From positions 43,462,001-43,526,000 of the forward strand of contig NC_082721.1 of NCBI RefSeq assembly GCF_030144855.1: a stretch of 64,000 nucleotides of DNA, read 5' to 3'. The DNA comes from Hypanus sabinus. Taxonomy: Eukaryota. Under the pieces are notes generated by a model, which was not told the origin of the DNA, made no database searches, and saw only the letters and a list, made by a program, of their open reading frames with translations. Shown here piece after piece: positions 25,451 to 39,715 of this stretch (its first letter is position 1; each line of letters starts with the position of its first letter). Made by a program: the position numbers and the translations under genes.

Positions 25451-28400
25451 ATGGATACAGCAATAAAATAGAGAGTAGCAGTAATAGGTTATTTATCAGA
25501 CTGGAGATAGGTGTGAGTGAGTACTTCAGTGATGATTATGAGGACTACTCTTTTGTCTATTTCTATTAATGAGTTGCGCTTGGGTTCAGTGGACTCGACC
25601 TTCACATCTGTCGGTGGTACAAAACTGAGAGGCACAGTGAAGTCTGAGGGTGACAGAAATAGAAATTAAGGAGGCAGTGGAAGGCTGGTGAAGTGGTGGA
25701 ACAGGTGGCAGAGAGAGACATGGACACAGTGAAATTAGGAAGTGTAATAGGCTATTCAGCCCCTTGGACTTACTGTCTCATTTGACATGTTCATTGCTGA
25801 TCAGCTACTTCATAACTTCTTCCCAACATCTCCAGATTCCTTAATTGAATCAGCACTTAGAAATGTATCCACCTTCTTCTTGGATATTTTAATGACATGT
25901 GCTCCACCTCTTGTTTCTGCCTCTTTGGTCATTGATGATATCTTACTCGGAATGGTTCTCTCCAGTCCTACTGAGAATTTTAAAAATTACTGTGAGAACC
26001 TCTCATTTCTCTTTACTTGAGTGAATATTGGTCTTTCCAGCAAATTCTCATTTCATAAAGAAATATTGAATGTAACAAGGATACAGAATGTACTCTGGTT
26101 GGGAACCTCATTGTCCATCACTGGATCTGACTTGGATTCCCACCACTACAAAATGACTTTGTATGAAGTTATGTATCTGCCACATTGGATCTAGGTAGTG
26201 AGTGAAATTACTTGGCATTTGGCATCTTAGCTTCCCGAACAGATACAAGACTCTTCTCTACTTGTCAATGGGGAAAAATACACAAAATTGTTCTATTCAG
26301 CAAAAGCAGCACAAATCCAATCCAGCTAATTACTATATTTTTAGTTGATTCTCACTCATCAGCAAAGGTAGAATGTTTGATGGACACTGGTATTAAAAGT
26401 CATTTACACAGCAATAATTTCATAAATGAACCACACATTGATTTTCACAGAAACATTTGGCTTTATATATTCAGACAGGGCAGATGGAGATAGAAGTGCC
26501 AATAAATAAAGGGAATTCATATTAAAGAATGTGTATATTTCCAAAGGAATTATATAGTAGTGTTTTTAATTGCCCCAGTGTGGACTGGGTTTGCCTCAGG
26601 GAGCATATTTGTTTTGAGCTCTTTGGGGCGTGTGCAGGGATCCAGAGAGCATTGGACTCTGTTTTCGAGAGCACCTGAATTTGTTAATTGTTGTCTCAAC
26701 AAGAATCATTAATTGTTGGTGCTTTCTGTTTAATCTTGCTAGGATTATTCTGACTGGTCCATAGTCAGCATGGTTGTATTTGTAGGAAAACATGTACAAA
26801 TAATTGATTGAATTTTCAGGTATAACGAGAGATTGGATCAAATGAGTTTGTTTCCTGTGAACTTGGAGAGGTCAAGTATAAGAGTTGATAGAGGGATACA
26901 AAATTATGAGGGGGAGAAAGTGTAGATTTAAGGATATTTTTCCAGTGGATCGAGAGCCTTAAACTAGTGAGGCAAGAGTTTTATAGGAAACCTGAGGTGA
27001 ACTTTCCACTTAGAAACTGGAACATGATTTGCATGGAAGTGGTAGAGGCAGGTAGAGGCAGAAAATTAAATTGTTTGGCATAGACACGATGGGCTGGAGA
27101 TCCGATTTCTGTTCTGTGTAAATCTATGACTCACATTAGCCTTATTTCAAACATTGACCAAAGAGCTGAATTCTAGAGGTAAAACGAGATTGACTGCTCT
27201 CATTATCAAGGCAGAAATTGACCAATTGTAACATCAATGAGTTCCATTAACACCGAAGTTAATGGGTATCATGATGAAAGTACACCAATGGATGGAATCA
27301 TAACTCACACTAAGAATAATGATGTCATTGTTGTATCTCAGTGTTCCCATTCCCAGGATGTCTCTGCAGGAGATTTTCATGGATTATATTCAAACCAACA
27401 ACGTTTAAAAGCTTCACCAATGACCTTCCTTCCATTGTAGGAACAGAAGCGGTCATGTGGAGTGATGATTGCAACTCTTCAGCTCATCCACCAGTTCATA
27501 ACTACATGTAGCATGTCCTGCACAACATAAAATAATTAGCTTATAAGGGGCAAGTAACGTTCAGATGACAGATGTGCCAGACTAGGGTCATGTCCAAGAA
27601 GAATATGTCAAGCTACCTACCCATGGCATTCAGTGCCATTACCATCACAATACTTTTCCACCATTTATTCTATAACGTTGAAGACAAGATCAAAATGGAA
27701 TACTCTCCACTTTGGGAGATGAGTACAGGTCCAAAATCATTTCAGAAGCTGAACTCCATCTAAGACAAGGCAGGCCAATTTCCACCACCAAACATTGTAA
27801 CTCCACCATAGATGGTCTGAAGCCAGAAAATGAAAGGGTGACTGTTTGTCATGGGGTTAGCAACACATCCCGTAAAAAACCTAGAGCTACAGAAAATCCA
27901 GCTGCAGCTTCAGAGACCTCATCCCTGGGTGAGGAGGGGTTTTCAAAGATGGGCAACACTGGGGTACAACTTTAAAGACTGGCCCAGGACAGTGGGCTGT
28001 GTCTGTAGCCTATGATCTAGGAGGGTGCTAGGCTTAACCAAACAAACGTTAACACTCAGTGCATCCACCACAGTGCACAATGGATGTAGAGTTGTTCATT
28101 GACAAAATGTCCTGCTATTACTTCCTGAGGTTACTCTGACAACACATACCAAATCTTGGAGCTCTACTACCAAATACATAAGGCAGAACTAGCAGGAAAT
28201 TCCACCTGCAAGTTTACATCCAAGTCACAAACTATCCTAACTTGGAACTATGTAGTTAATAGATAAAAATATGTACTCTTGGACCCTAGAAAATTTTCAC
28301 TAATGTGCTCTGTTAGGTAGTATTCTCACTGTTCAGCTTTTCAGAAAATGTAACTAAAACATGCATGGATTGAGCTGAAAAATGTTGTGAACATCTGTCT

Positions 28401-29299
28401 CTGTCTCTGTCTAAGTATCATAGCCAATATAACCATGCAGGGAAATCAATTTCAATGATTAGGAAGGAACCAGATACATATCTGAAACTGCAGGATTATG
28501 GGTAGATGGCAGGGAAATGTCATGTAATCTATAATGTGCTGGTCTGAAGTGAACAGGGCAAATACCCTCACTATTTCCAGTAACCATTCTGCTTCACTAT
28601 TATTTAGCTTCTTCTGATGACCTCTGAGTCGGAGACAGTGAATTTAGCGCTGGTATCTCCCAAGTAAAACCTCTTGGCTTTTGTGTAGTTAATAAGGGAG
28701 ATCATTGCCTGATAGATCCCAGTTTCATCACTTGTTTCTTTAATGTCCGGTCACTGAGCTGAAATGACAGCATCCATCTCCATTATAGCACATCTCCCTT
28801 TGTAACTCTGGATATAAATCTGGAGATGATATTGTTCAGAAGATTAATGGTTTGTCAAAAGGAGTTGCTAAATTTATGGTTACAGCTGTTTTATTAGATT
28901 TTTATCGTAGTAGTGGTCAGACAACTCCAGCAAACAAAGCAGAAAAATGGCAAAGGGATGTGAACAAATGCTTCACGTTCATATTGGAAGAGCAGTCAGA
29001 TTGGTCCCTCATAAGAAATCTCAGAGCAGTGAACAATTCACACTTCACTTTGGACAATATTCAGTAGAAACAGATACACCACCAATTGCTAAACATCCAC
29101 AGATAAATAGATTCAGGATTCAAGATTCAAGATTGTCATATTTAGGCACTATGAATGTGTAGCAGAATATGAAATAATTGTGACTTCAAATCTGAGGTGG
29201 CACAATAAAAAGCCAACAAAATTGAGAAAACAATAATATGAATACACGAGATAGCTCATACATATATATATAGATTGATTGAATGTCCATAATCCATAA

Positions 29300-30640
29300 A
29301 CTGACGCTCAGTACAGGAGTGTCTGTACAGAGGGTGACTCTGATACGTAATGATAGAGTAAAGGTGGTTTGGAAGTGAGGGTTCCTGGGTGGACGTGTTG
29401 ATCATCCTTATTGCTTGTGGAAATTAATTGTGTCTCAGCCTGGTCATCGTGGCATGGATGCTATGCAGCCACCTCCCAGATGGCAGTAGCGCAAACAGTC
29501 AATGATCAGGGTTGGTGGGATCCTTCATGATATTACTGGCTCTTTACCAGCATCTTTCTGCATATATGTCCTTGATGGCAGGAAGGCTGGTGCTGGTGAT
29601 GCACTGGGCATACCCATTGTAAAGTTTGTTAAAATGGTCTCTACTGCACATCCGTAGAAGGGCATGGATAAAGATGTGCAGAGTATCTAGCTGAGAAGCT
29701 TGAGATGTTGGTGAGCTTTCCTGATAGTGTAGGTTGTGTTCTGGGACCATGAGAGGCTGTACAGGATGTGCTCTCTCAGGAGTTTGAAACTGTTTGCAGT
29801 TTCCAGTGCTCTGCTGCTGATGTGATGTGAGTTCTTGTGATGTCAATAATAATATTCAGGAAACATGAGGAAATCTGCAGATGCTGGAAATTCAAACAAC
29901 AAACACAAAATGCTGGTGGAACGCAGCAGGCCAGGCAGCACTTATAGGGAGAAGCACTGTCAACGTTTCGGGCAATGTCGACAGCGATTCTCCCTATGAA
30001 TGCTGCCTGGCCTGCTGTGTTCCACCAGCATTTTGTGTGTGTTGTTTCAATAATAATATTTTTTGTTTTGTTGAAATTGAGGAAGGGGTCATTTGCCTGG
30101 TAGCAGGCCTCCATGTGTCAGCAGGGTGTACAGCAATGGGCTCAGCACTCACGTTGAGGTTTATGGAGACTGACAAGCAGTTGTGCCTCCTGACAATCTG
30201 AGGTCTCTTTGTTGGGAAATATATCCATTTGTACAGTGGTGCATTTAGACTGAAGAGTAGGAGTTTGTTATCCAATATCTGTGCGACAATGGTGTTGAAT
30301 GCTAAACTGAAATCTCGAAAGATCATTCTGCTACACAGGTGTTTGTTTTCTAAGTGTACCGGAGCCATGTTCATGACGGATGCTACCATCTGTTGTAGAG
30401 TAGTTCTGTCGGTAAGCATATTTGTCATTGTCCATCTAGCAGGAATGGGGCTTCTGACATGTGCCATTACCAGTTAACTAATGTGAAGCATGTGGGGGAG
30501 AATGAAGTGTTGAAAGTGTCTGTGAAGAGGTCAGTGAATTGGTGTGTACCCTTCCTGAGTACTTAGCCTGGGATGTTGTCTGGCCCAGCTGCCTTATGGA
30601 GCCTGACACTCTGCAGAGTCCTTTTGATTATACAAACATA
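29300..30640 (-). mobile_element. Degenerate Rex1-like LINE fragment, split by a hairpin element
   Basis: SRMIFRDFSLAFNTIV and ITSTSLPAIKDIYAERC motifs in the track ORFs. Confidence 0.6.
29857..30046. mobile_element. Penelope-derived palindromic mini-element with 14-bp TSD
   Basis: Imperfect ~154-bp palindrome at 29894-30047 (aaacacaaaatgctggtggaac..gttccaccagcattttgtgt). Direct repeat TCAATAATAATATT at 29843-29856 and 30047-30060. Confidence 0.75.
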
Positions 30641-31329
30641 AAAGCAAGTTAAGGAAAGCTAAAACTAGAAAAATACAATGAAAGCAACAATCTGGACTTT
30701 AATCAACAGACCAGAGTCACTATCAGTATCAGAATCAGGTTTATTATCACTGGCAGATCCAATAACCTTCCCCTGTAACTCTCTCTTTTGTAAAATAAGA
30801 ACTTATAAATCTTGTAAGACAGGCCATTATTAATATTTATTTAAGATAAACAGTCCAAAACATTGAAGGTGACACAACAAGAGATGGCAATGTGGAAGCG
30901 TACAGGAATGAGATAGATCACCTGCTTCAGGCATGTTGCAACAACCAACTTGCACTCAATGTTAGTCAAACCAAGTAAGTGATTATGAACTTCAGGAAGA
31001 GGAAGTTGACAGAACACATGCCAGTCCTCATTGAGGACTTTGAAAAAGTTGAGCAGTATACTTCAAAAGAAGATGAGTCAAGCAGGCAACCTCCTTCATT
31101 AAAGATCCATCACTCAGGAGATGCCCTCTCTCCATTACAATCAAGGAGGAAGTACAAGAGCTGGAAAACACACGCTGAATGTTTCAGTGATAGCTTCTTC
31201 CCCTCCACCATCAGATTCCCGAATGGACAATGAATCCATGAACACCACCACTCTTTTTGTTATTTTCCTTTAATAGTTATTTACTTTAATCTTTTATGTA
31301 TATTGGCTGAAGGTCAGTTTTGGATGTGG

Positions 31330-31915
31330 CTGACATAATAAAGTCCTAACAATGAGAGGAAATGACAGGGCTGAGGGACAGCATAGAGCCGCTGCTCATG
31401 GCTGCACAAGAACAGATGATGAGCACAAGAGCATTAGAAGCAGGGGTCTATTACACCAGAAAAGACCCAAGATGCAGACTGTTCAAGGAATTTGCTGAAA
31501 CCATCCAGCACATAGTAGCAGGATGCAAATACAAGTACAGTCAGCAAACACTAAATGGCACAATTTGCAGTAATTATGTACATGGACATCTTTGCTGAGT
31601 ATGTTTTGGATGCCCCTAAATCCAAATGGGATAAACATGAGAAGAAGTGGAGAATGAGAGAGGTAAGATCCTGTGGGACTTGCAAATACAAACAGATAAG
31701 CAGCTATTGCTCAACCAATCAGACATAGTAATACTGGAGAAGGAACAGAAGAAACCAATAGTAATAGCTGTGGCAATGACTGATGGCATAATCATGGGAA
31801 GAAAGAATATGAGAAGCTGAAGGAATACGAGGGCTTAAAAGAGCAGACGGAAAGGATGTAGACTGGTAAACCTAGATCATTCCAGGTGGTGATAGGAGCA
31901 CTTGGAGGTTTCAGA
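31330..31915 (+). mobile_element. R4/Dong (Rex6-like) retrotransposon 3' fragment with restriction-like endonuclease remnant
   Basis: AAQEQ..DPRCRL..ETIQHIVAGC zinc-knuckle region. Followed by KILWD, IQTDK and NQSDIV (PD motif), and IPxVIGALG remnants. Confidence 0.7.
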
Positions 31916-33439
31916 CCTGGGTTGAGACAGTGGCTCCAAAAAATTCCAGCAATAACATCTGAAATCTTATACACATATACACACCACCCATAAGGGGTGA
32001 GAAAAATAAATATCCCTTATTGAAATTTATAATTCATTATTATTATGAATTCTAATGTAGTGCTGATGTAAAATCACAAATTTCATGACATATGAAATTA
32101 AATACATGACTGATTATAAAACTTTTCCCTCATACAGAGAATATAATTAAACACCAGATATTGATCAGACAATATTATTGTTAGCTTCCAGTGTTTCAAT
32201 CATAAATTATTATTCCATATTTTTGTTAGTGTTAAAACATTAATATCATTTGTCTCTAATATTCCAATTTGTTATCAATGAACTGTGGAATATTAAGACC
32301 CTACATTTCAATCATTGATAGAATTTAACCTAAACTTCAGGATCCTTGGAATAAAAAGAGGACTATGAAAGCTATGACTATCACAAATCAGTTTAATCAA
32401 ATTGGACAACATTTTGACTGGAAGAGGTCTATAATGTAACACACTGAGAAAAAGTTCCACGGGAAATTGGATATTATTGAGCAGTGTCAATGTGGGAGAA
32501 ACAAATCATTTTAATAATCAATTTTATAAATAAAACATGCCTCGCCATTTGAAAAAGGAGCTTTGGTGCGGGTCATATCATCTGCTGTCTGAGTATGAAA
32601 ATAGCAAACATCTGTGGCCCCGGCAGGATACAAGCTGTTATTTTACGGAGAGGGACAGCCCAGAACATTTACATTTGCATTTTCTGTCATATTATTGAAA
32701 TAACATATTTTCTGTTTGACCTCATATTATTTTAAGAATTTGTCAAGCTCTTGACCTTTAATGACATTATCTCTGGTGCACTCCTTGAGTTATGGCAGGG
32801 AGAAGAAGAATTGCTTCTGAATTTGTGCCATGTTGGTTGTCAAAGCAAATTCACTCCACATATTTATTCACTGAAATCGTTGGGAAGGAAACATTAATGA
32901 GGCCTGATGGTTTAACTGTGTGACAGTGAACTCACCCTCATTACATTGCCAAAGGCTGGTTTCTTTTCAAATAAGATCAAAGGAATATAAAAATGAAGAG
33001 ATTTGTAAAATATGGCTTCTGTTCACTGCCATCTACTTTACATCCTTTGGGTGATCACTTCTACCGGTACGATCATTGACAGGAGCATCTGCCACTAGTG
33101 GACTAGTGAGTTTGAGGTTAAATATGTTCCTCTCTGCTGTAGATCACTCATCACCTCTGGAAGGCTCAGACTGGAAGTTCTGTTTTCAGGACTTGGCCAA
33201 CCCAATATCTGGTGGTGCAAGCAAACCACCCTTTGTGATGGTCGTTAAAGTCCTAGACAAAATTCTGTGTCCGTCCTTCTCTCACTATTTGCTGATCATG
33301 GGAAACATTAATTCATCAATGCAGGGAGGCCAGGGGATTTTAATCAGGAGGAGGTCTCCCTGTCAATGTTTCTCCTCATGTGATGAGAATTCCCAATGTC
33401 TGGATTCAATGCTCAAGGCACCATGGGATCCTTTCCCTT

Positions 33440-34625
33440 GCCAGCACACCAATGATGAAAAACAATAAATCATATTTGATAAGGTACTACATGCAAGGCT
33501 TATTGAGAAAATAATCAGGCGTGGGATCCAAGGGAACATTGCTTTGTGGATCCAGAACTGGCTTGCCCACAAAGGCAAAGAGTGGTTGTAGATGGGTCAC
33601 CAGTCTGCATGGAGGTTGGTCACCAGTGGAGTGCCTCATGAATGTGTTCTGGGACCTTTACTGTTCATGATTTTTATAAATGGCCTGGATGAGGAAGTGG
33701 AGTGATGGGTTAGTATGTTTGTTGAAGACACAAAGGGTGGAGGTGTTGTGGATAGTGTGGCGGGCTGTCAGAAATTGCAACAGGGCATGGATAGAATGTC
33801 AAAACTGGGTTTAGATGTGGCAGTTGGAGTTCAACAGAGGTAAGTGTGAAGTGGTTCATTTTGGTAGGTCAAATATGATGGCAGAGGATAGTATTAATGG
33901 TAGAACACTCTGCAGTGTGGAGGATCAGACAGATCTTAGGGTTGGAGTCCATAGGAGACTCAAAGCAGCTATGCAGGTTGACTATGTGGTTAAGAAGGCA
34001 TATGGTATATTGGCCTTAATCAATTGTGGAATTGAATTTAGGATCCAAGATGTAATGTTGCGGCTGTATAGGACCCTGGTCAGACCCCACTTGGAGTACT
34101 GTGCTCAGTTCTGGTCACCTCACTACAGGAAGGATGTGCAAGCCATACGAAGGATGCAGAGGAGATTTACAAGGATGCTGCCTGGATAGGGGAGCATGCT
34201 TTACAAAAATATGTTGAGTGAATTCGGCCTTTTCTCATTGGAGTGAAGGAGGATAGGAGGTGACCTGATAGAGGTGTACAAGATGATGAGAGGCATTGAT
34301 CATGTGGATAGTCAGAGGATTTTTCCTTGGGCTGAAGTGGTTGACAGAAGAGAACATCGGTTTAAGGTGCTGGGGAGTAAGTACAGAGGAGATATCAGGG
34401 TTAAGTTTCTTACTCAGAATAGTGAGTGTGTTGAATGGGCTGCCAGCAACAGTGGTGGAGACAGATACGATATGGTCTTTGAAGAGGCTTTTCGATAGGA
34501 ATGCAGCGCTTAGTAAAATAGAGGGCTATAGGTAAGCCTAGTAATTTTTGAGGTAGGGACATGTTCGGCACAACTTTGTGGGCAGAAGGGCCTGTATTGT
34601 GCTGTAGTTTCTCTATGTTTCTATA
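33440..34625 (+). mobile_element. CR1 LINE 3' fragment
   Basis: WQLEFNRGKCEVVHFG, LYRTLVRPHLEYCAQFWSP and QRRFTRMLPG motifs. Typical tail gaagggcctgtattgtgctgta. Confidence 0.85.
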
Positions 34626-36865
34626 ATTACCTTCAGGCTCCAATTAATCTTAAGCACTCAGGCCAAAGAAAACAGGCAAAGACAATAAGTGGTAGATCTG
34701 ACATAGCTTATTCTCATAATTACATGTTGTCCTGATGCATAAAAAGGTCTCCAAAATAATTTCTCATTTACTTACACGGAATTTTTCCCTGAATCCTTTC
34801 GATTTTTTTCTGACAAAATTAGGATTATCTCAAATTCCTTGGAGAAAAGATTTTTTCTTTTCTTTTCTTTTCCCTCTCTCCCTCTCTGCTCCCTACCCCA
34901 CCCTCTCTCTCTCTCTCTGACAATCTACTTCTCAGGAAAACTTTGATCTCATATCATTCATATTCTGAAGGGTGAAACAGGAGAGCAGCTTAAAATGGAA
35001 TTATCTTCATTTTTAAGAGATGTTTAAGTTTCAGCTTTTAAACCAAAGGATTGATGAAGGATGTTGATGATGTAAACTCATACATTCAAACATACCCCCA
35101 TCAGCCAGAAAAGCAGCAACCTGAAGATAAGGTGGCTTTGACGAGAGTGAAATGGTTTGCTGTCGATGAAGGTACACATGCATATCCCTGTATGGAAAGC
35201 AGTAGAAGATTTGCCCAAATAAATGAATAAAAGGAAAAAAACCCATTGGAAGTTAGTTTAACTCTCTGGATTTAACCTGTGTGGCATTGAAATGAAGCCA
35301 CATTCTACACCTGGTTCATTTGTCTGTTCTTTTGACTGCAATAGACAGGGAAACAGGCTTATAAAATGGAATTGGACTGAATTCACCACTGCCAAATTAA
35401 ACCAAATATCAGATTAACATTTTCTTCCACCCAGATTCAGTGAATGAAACTGTGGAGTGGTTACTCAGACAACCAACATGGCAAAATTTCTGAAACAATT
35501 CCCTTTCTGACTGTCACAATACAAGCAGAGCAACAACGATGATGTCCCTTTAAACAGACAGTGCCTGATAGATTCTTAAAATAAAAATAGGTAGAACAGA
35601 AACTCTGATATTTGGGTAATGATATATAAAAAGCAGATGGTAACGTCTTGTCTCAGTTCTGGCCAGCCCCTCGCCTTAAAATAACAGCTCATTTCTTGCT
35701 GGGGCTGCAGATGTTTTTGTTCAAATGGTTAATCCAGGTTAGGTTTAAATCAGTTTCCTGGACACCATAACGTGAAGGGCTCGGAGGGCCAGTTTCACTC
35801 TGTCAGTCCAAACAAAGAAAAATAAATAAACTAGGTAGGCGGGTGTATGTGTGTGTGTGTGTTTGTGGACCAGCACTGGCCTACCAAGGACAGGCAGTTG
35901 GATGACATGAGCAGCTTCTCCAGGTAATACTTGTATAATCGCAGAAAGGCTCTGGTGTTGCACAATCACCAATGTGTCCTGCTACGTGCTCCCAGAACTA
36001 TCATGAAATGCAATTAATCTGCCGGCCCTGGAGTACTGCAATGGGGTCCTCGAGTCTTGCTGCAGATTCAGCAGTTAATGATCTCAAGTCTTTAAATTAC
36101 AAAGTGTGAAAACTGCAGTGTTCTCCTCAGACAGCAGTAAGATAGCCTATATAACTTCCATTGTCTTGGACAGGGGCATTTTATGAGCACAGGCCTTATG
36201 AGAGAAGGATGCTGCTGTGTATTCTGAAATAAAGTTTATTTTTCTAAGAATGATGAGGAGGGTAATGTTTCATCCTGGCAGGGTCTCAGACTCCTCCAGC
36301 TGCATCTGGGAATACAATCCATGGCTGACTATTCCAGCGATTACATCTCTTAATGACAGAGTGTAGGTTTTGGTTGCTCTCTTTAGCCAGAGATGGCATC
36401 ACCAGCTAAAAGACATTCTTGCAACCAAGGGTTAGGTGAGGATCTGCAGGAATTTATGGGAAGCAACATAAGAATCTACAATGATATTTCTGAAAGAAGG
36501 CCGGTGAGACATGTGGATTTCACCCGGAAGGCCAGTTCTTAGAACTGCCTAATGGCTACCCCAGTTCCTCAATCTGATAACCGATGCAGATCCCTGCAAA
36601 CATCTCTGGAGATCCCATGGAACTTGGTAGAACCTGGGTCTGTCAGCAGCGCAGGAAAGACGTATGAGGCAGTGGTGTTGCTGATACTGTGGAAAAGCCT
36701 GCTTTGAGTCACCTACCATCCAGTGAGGGAAGAACTAAAACATTCTCAAACTTCTCTCCTGTTTTGTTAAGTCCCAGAGCGGTCTCCCCATCCTTGTTAT
36801 CTTGGAGGAGACATGAGCATTCTGTGAAAGCCTCATCAGCCTCTGGAGAAGGTGGAGTCTGATAG

Positions 36866-37330
36866 AAGAGGACATTAGAACATGGAAGAAGGAAAAGGCG
36901 GTGGGGTGGGGAGGAGCACCAGAGGAAAGTGATGGACAGGCAGAAAATAAGGCAATAGAGGGAAAAAGGAATGGGGATTGGTAAAGGGGGGGCAGTCATT
37001 CCCAGTAGTTTGAGAAATTGATATTCATGCCATCAGGTTAGAAGTTACCAAGGCAGAATACAAGGAGTTGTTCCTATAACCTGAGTGTGGCCTCATTGCA
37101 GCAGTAATTGTTTGAAGTATCAAAATAGGAATTGGAAGTGGAGTTACAATGGTTGGTCGGAGGGAGATCTTGCTTCTTCTGGCGAATGGAACTTAGGTGC
37201 TCGACAAAGCAGTCTCCCAATCTACATCAGGTCTCACCAATATACAGGGTGCCACACTAGGAACACTGAACACAGTATATCAGCCCCAACGTACCCACAG
37301 GGGAAGTCTTGCCACATTTGGAAAGACTGT
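36866..37330 (-). mobile_element. Penelope-like fragment
   Basis: Reverse complement of the GIY-YIG C-terminus and purine-rich spacer seen at 11700-12000 (tgatattcatgccatcaggttagaag). Confidence 0.6.
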
Positions 37331-38214
37331 TTGGGACCCTGTTTGTATGTTGCCTTGTGTGTGTTGCTTAATGATTGAGTTCATAAGAAGTCACCTGCTT
37401 AATATCAGTATTTTTGTAGAACCATCCTTGGCAGCACTTACAACCTTGAGTCTGTGTGGATATGTCCCTATCAGCTTTGCACATCTGGACACTAGAAGCT
37501 TTTCCCCTTCTTCTTTACAAAATTGCTCAAGCTCTGTTAGATTGCATGGGGATCATGAGTGAACAGCTCTTTTCAAGACCAGCCACAAATTCTCAATTTT
37601 CTTGAGGTCTGGACTCTGACTTGGCCACTCCAGAACATTAACTTTTTTATTTTTAAGCCATTCCTTCATAGGTTTGGCTTACGTCGCAATTCACTTGCGG
37701 ACTGGATTTGGTTTATCTCCAGGATTTCCCTATATTTTGCTGCAGTAATTTTACACTCTAACTTGACAAGCCTTCCAAGGTCTGCTGCAGTGAAGCATTC
37801 CCAGAGCATGCTTCAAGGAGGGATGGTGTGTTGCTGCTGATAGGTGGTGTTTGGTTTACACCAAAAGGAGTGTTCATCCCGATAGCCAAAATGTTCAACA
37901 ATGGTTTCATTAGACCATTAAACCTTCCTCGAGCTGACTTTAGAGTCTTTTACATGCCTCCTGGCAAACTGTAGCAGAGATTTCATGTGAGTTTTTATCA
38001 ACAGTGGCTTTCTGTTTGCTACGTTCCTATAAAGCTGCAACTGCTGAAGCAACCGGGTAACAGATGATGTATATGCAGTCTTTCCCACCTCAGCCATTGA
38101 AGCTTGTAACTTCTTCAGAGTCGTCATGGCTCCCTTGGTGGTCTCCCTCACTAGTCCACTTCTTGAATGGTCACTCAGTTTTTGAGGATGGCCTGCTCCA
38201 CGCCTACTTGCAGC

Positions 38215-39346
38215 TGTCATTGTCCAGTCCATGAAGTCCACATTCGGGTTCACGGTCCAGTCCGTGGACTCCGGACTCTGGGTCTTCTGGCTGTCCCTTG
38301 CTTCAGTTGGGCTTAATCATATGCTCCTGGTGTTCGTCTTGTGGCTGGGAATATAAGTGGCCCTGGGTTCGAGTGTGGGTGCTGGTTTGTCTTGTCGGTA
38401 TCCCCTTGGAACAACCCACTGGGGGAAGGCTAGAGCAGCCCTTGGTGATCGCTAGGCCTGGTTGGAGGGCCACTGCTTCGTGGAGCCCAGTTGTGTCTCA
38501 TCAGAGTAGTCATTGGGGTATGGATTCAGCCGTTTCTGGAGCTGCTGAGTGGCCATCTGCCACTCTGAGCTAGATATGGATTCGGCTGTTTCCGTAGCCA
38601 GTCGAGGTGGCTGGCCACGCTCAGTCTCGGAGCCACCCAGGATTGAGCTCCCTTCCTGTCCTTACCACTGTGGGGTAAGTCAGGCTGTCCTTGCTGTTCC
38701 CCTGTGGTTGGGTCTGTCCCTTCCTGTCCTTGCCTCCATTGGGTAAGTCAGGCTGTCTTTGCTGTTACCCTGAGCCTGGTCTGTTCCCTTCCCTTCACCA
38801 TCTGAATCCCTGACAATTTCTTTGGCAGTCATCCCGGTCTCGCATCCTAGTAAGCATCCTGGCCCAGTGTCCTTGGAAGGGGACAGGCACTGTGAAAGCA
38901 TCCTGGCCCTGCGTCCTTGCAAGACGTCCTGGCCCGGCCCTGTGTTCCAAGAAGTTGTACCTCTTCCTTGCCAGGAGTACCTCGTCCTGCCCAGGAAAAC
39001 CTCAAAGCCTTGCCCAGTCCTGTAGCCACATCATGTCTTCGCCTAGCCTATGGCTCGAAGTTCATACCCAAGCCTCAAAGAACATGTCCTCACCTAGTTC
39101 TGGGGTCCAAGCCCATGTCAAGACCCAGTTTCTGGTTCCTTGTCCAGTCTCTGGCTTGGGGTCCAAGCCCAGGCTCCCAGTTGCCAGTTCCTCAACCTGC
39201 TCCCACTTTCCTTGCCCAAGTCTGTGTTCCTGTCCCAGCTCCTAGCCTGTGTCCAGTCCCATCCTGAACTCTAGCCCAGTCCAGTTCCAGTACTTCAGTG
39301 TCTGTGTCTTGCTTTTGGGTCCATTCCCAATGCACTCTGTATGACA
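38215..39346. mobile_element. LTR-like GC-rich insertion (TGTCAT...ATGACA) inside the Tc1 remnant
   Basis: 6-bp inverted termini and internal short tandem motifs (gtcaggctgtccttgctg; cccagt/ccaagcc). Tc1 sequence resumes after it. No TSD found. Confidence 0.5.
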
Positions 39347-39715
39347 GTGCCATATTCTTTCCATTTCTTGATGATTGACTTAACTGTACTCTAAGGGATA
39401 TTCAGTGACTTGGACATTTTCTTGTATCCACTTCCAGACAATATTTTTCAATAACCTTTTTGCAGAGTTGCTTGGAGTATTCTTTTGTCCTTGTGGTGTT
39501 TGTTTTGCCAGGATACTGACTCAGCAGCAGTTGGACCTTCCAGATGCAAGTGTACTTTACTGCAATCAATTATAACACCTTGACTATACACAGGTGATGT
39601 CCATTTAACTAATTATGTAACTTCTAAAACTAATTGGCTGCACCAGTGATGATTTGGTATGTCATATTAAATGGGGTGAATATTTAAGCTATCAAGTATT
39701 TTGTGTGTAACATGT

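Noticed and set aside
26000-28000. Possible second, mirrored Ig cluster predicted from the inverted USP35 copies
   Set aside because: No V, J or C motifs (TQP, WYxQ, YYC, FGxG) were found there on either strand.
28590-28760. Minus-strand peptide ..KAKRFYLGDTSAKF.. reminiscent of gamma-glutamyltransferase
   Set aside because: Similarity is too short, there is no usable in-frame splice acceptor, and no other GGT-like segments were found.
27025-32680. Extra octamers ATTTGCAT at ~27027 and 32673 as distal Ig enhancers
   Set aside because: A few are expected by chance in 64 kb of AT-rich DNA, and the first sits in a CR1 remnant.
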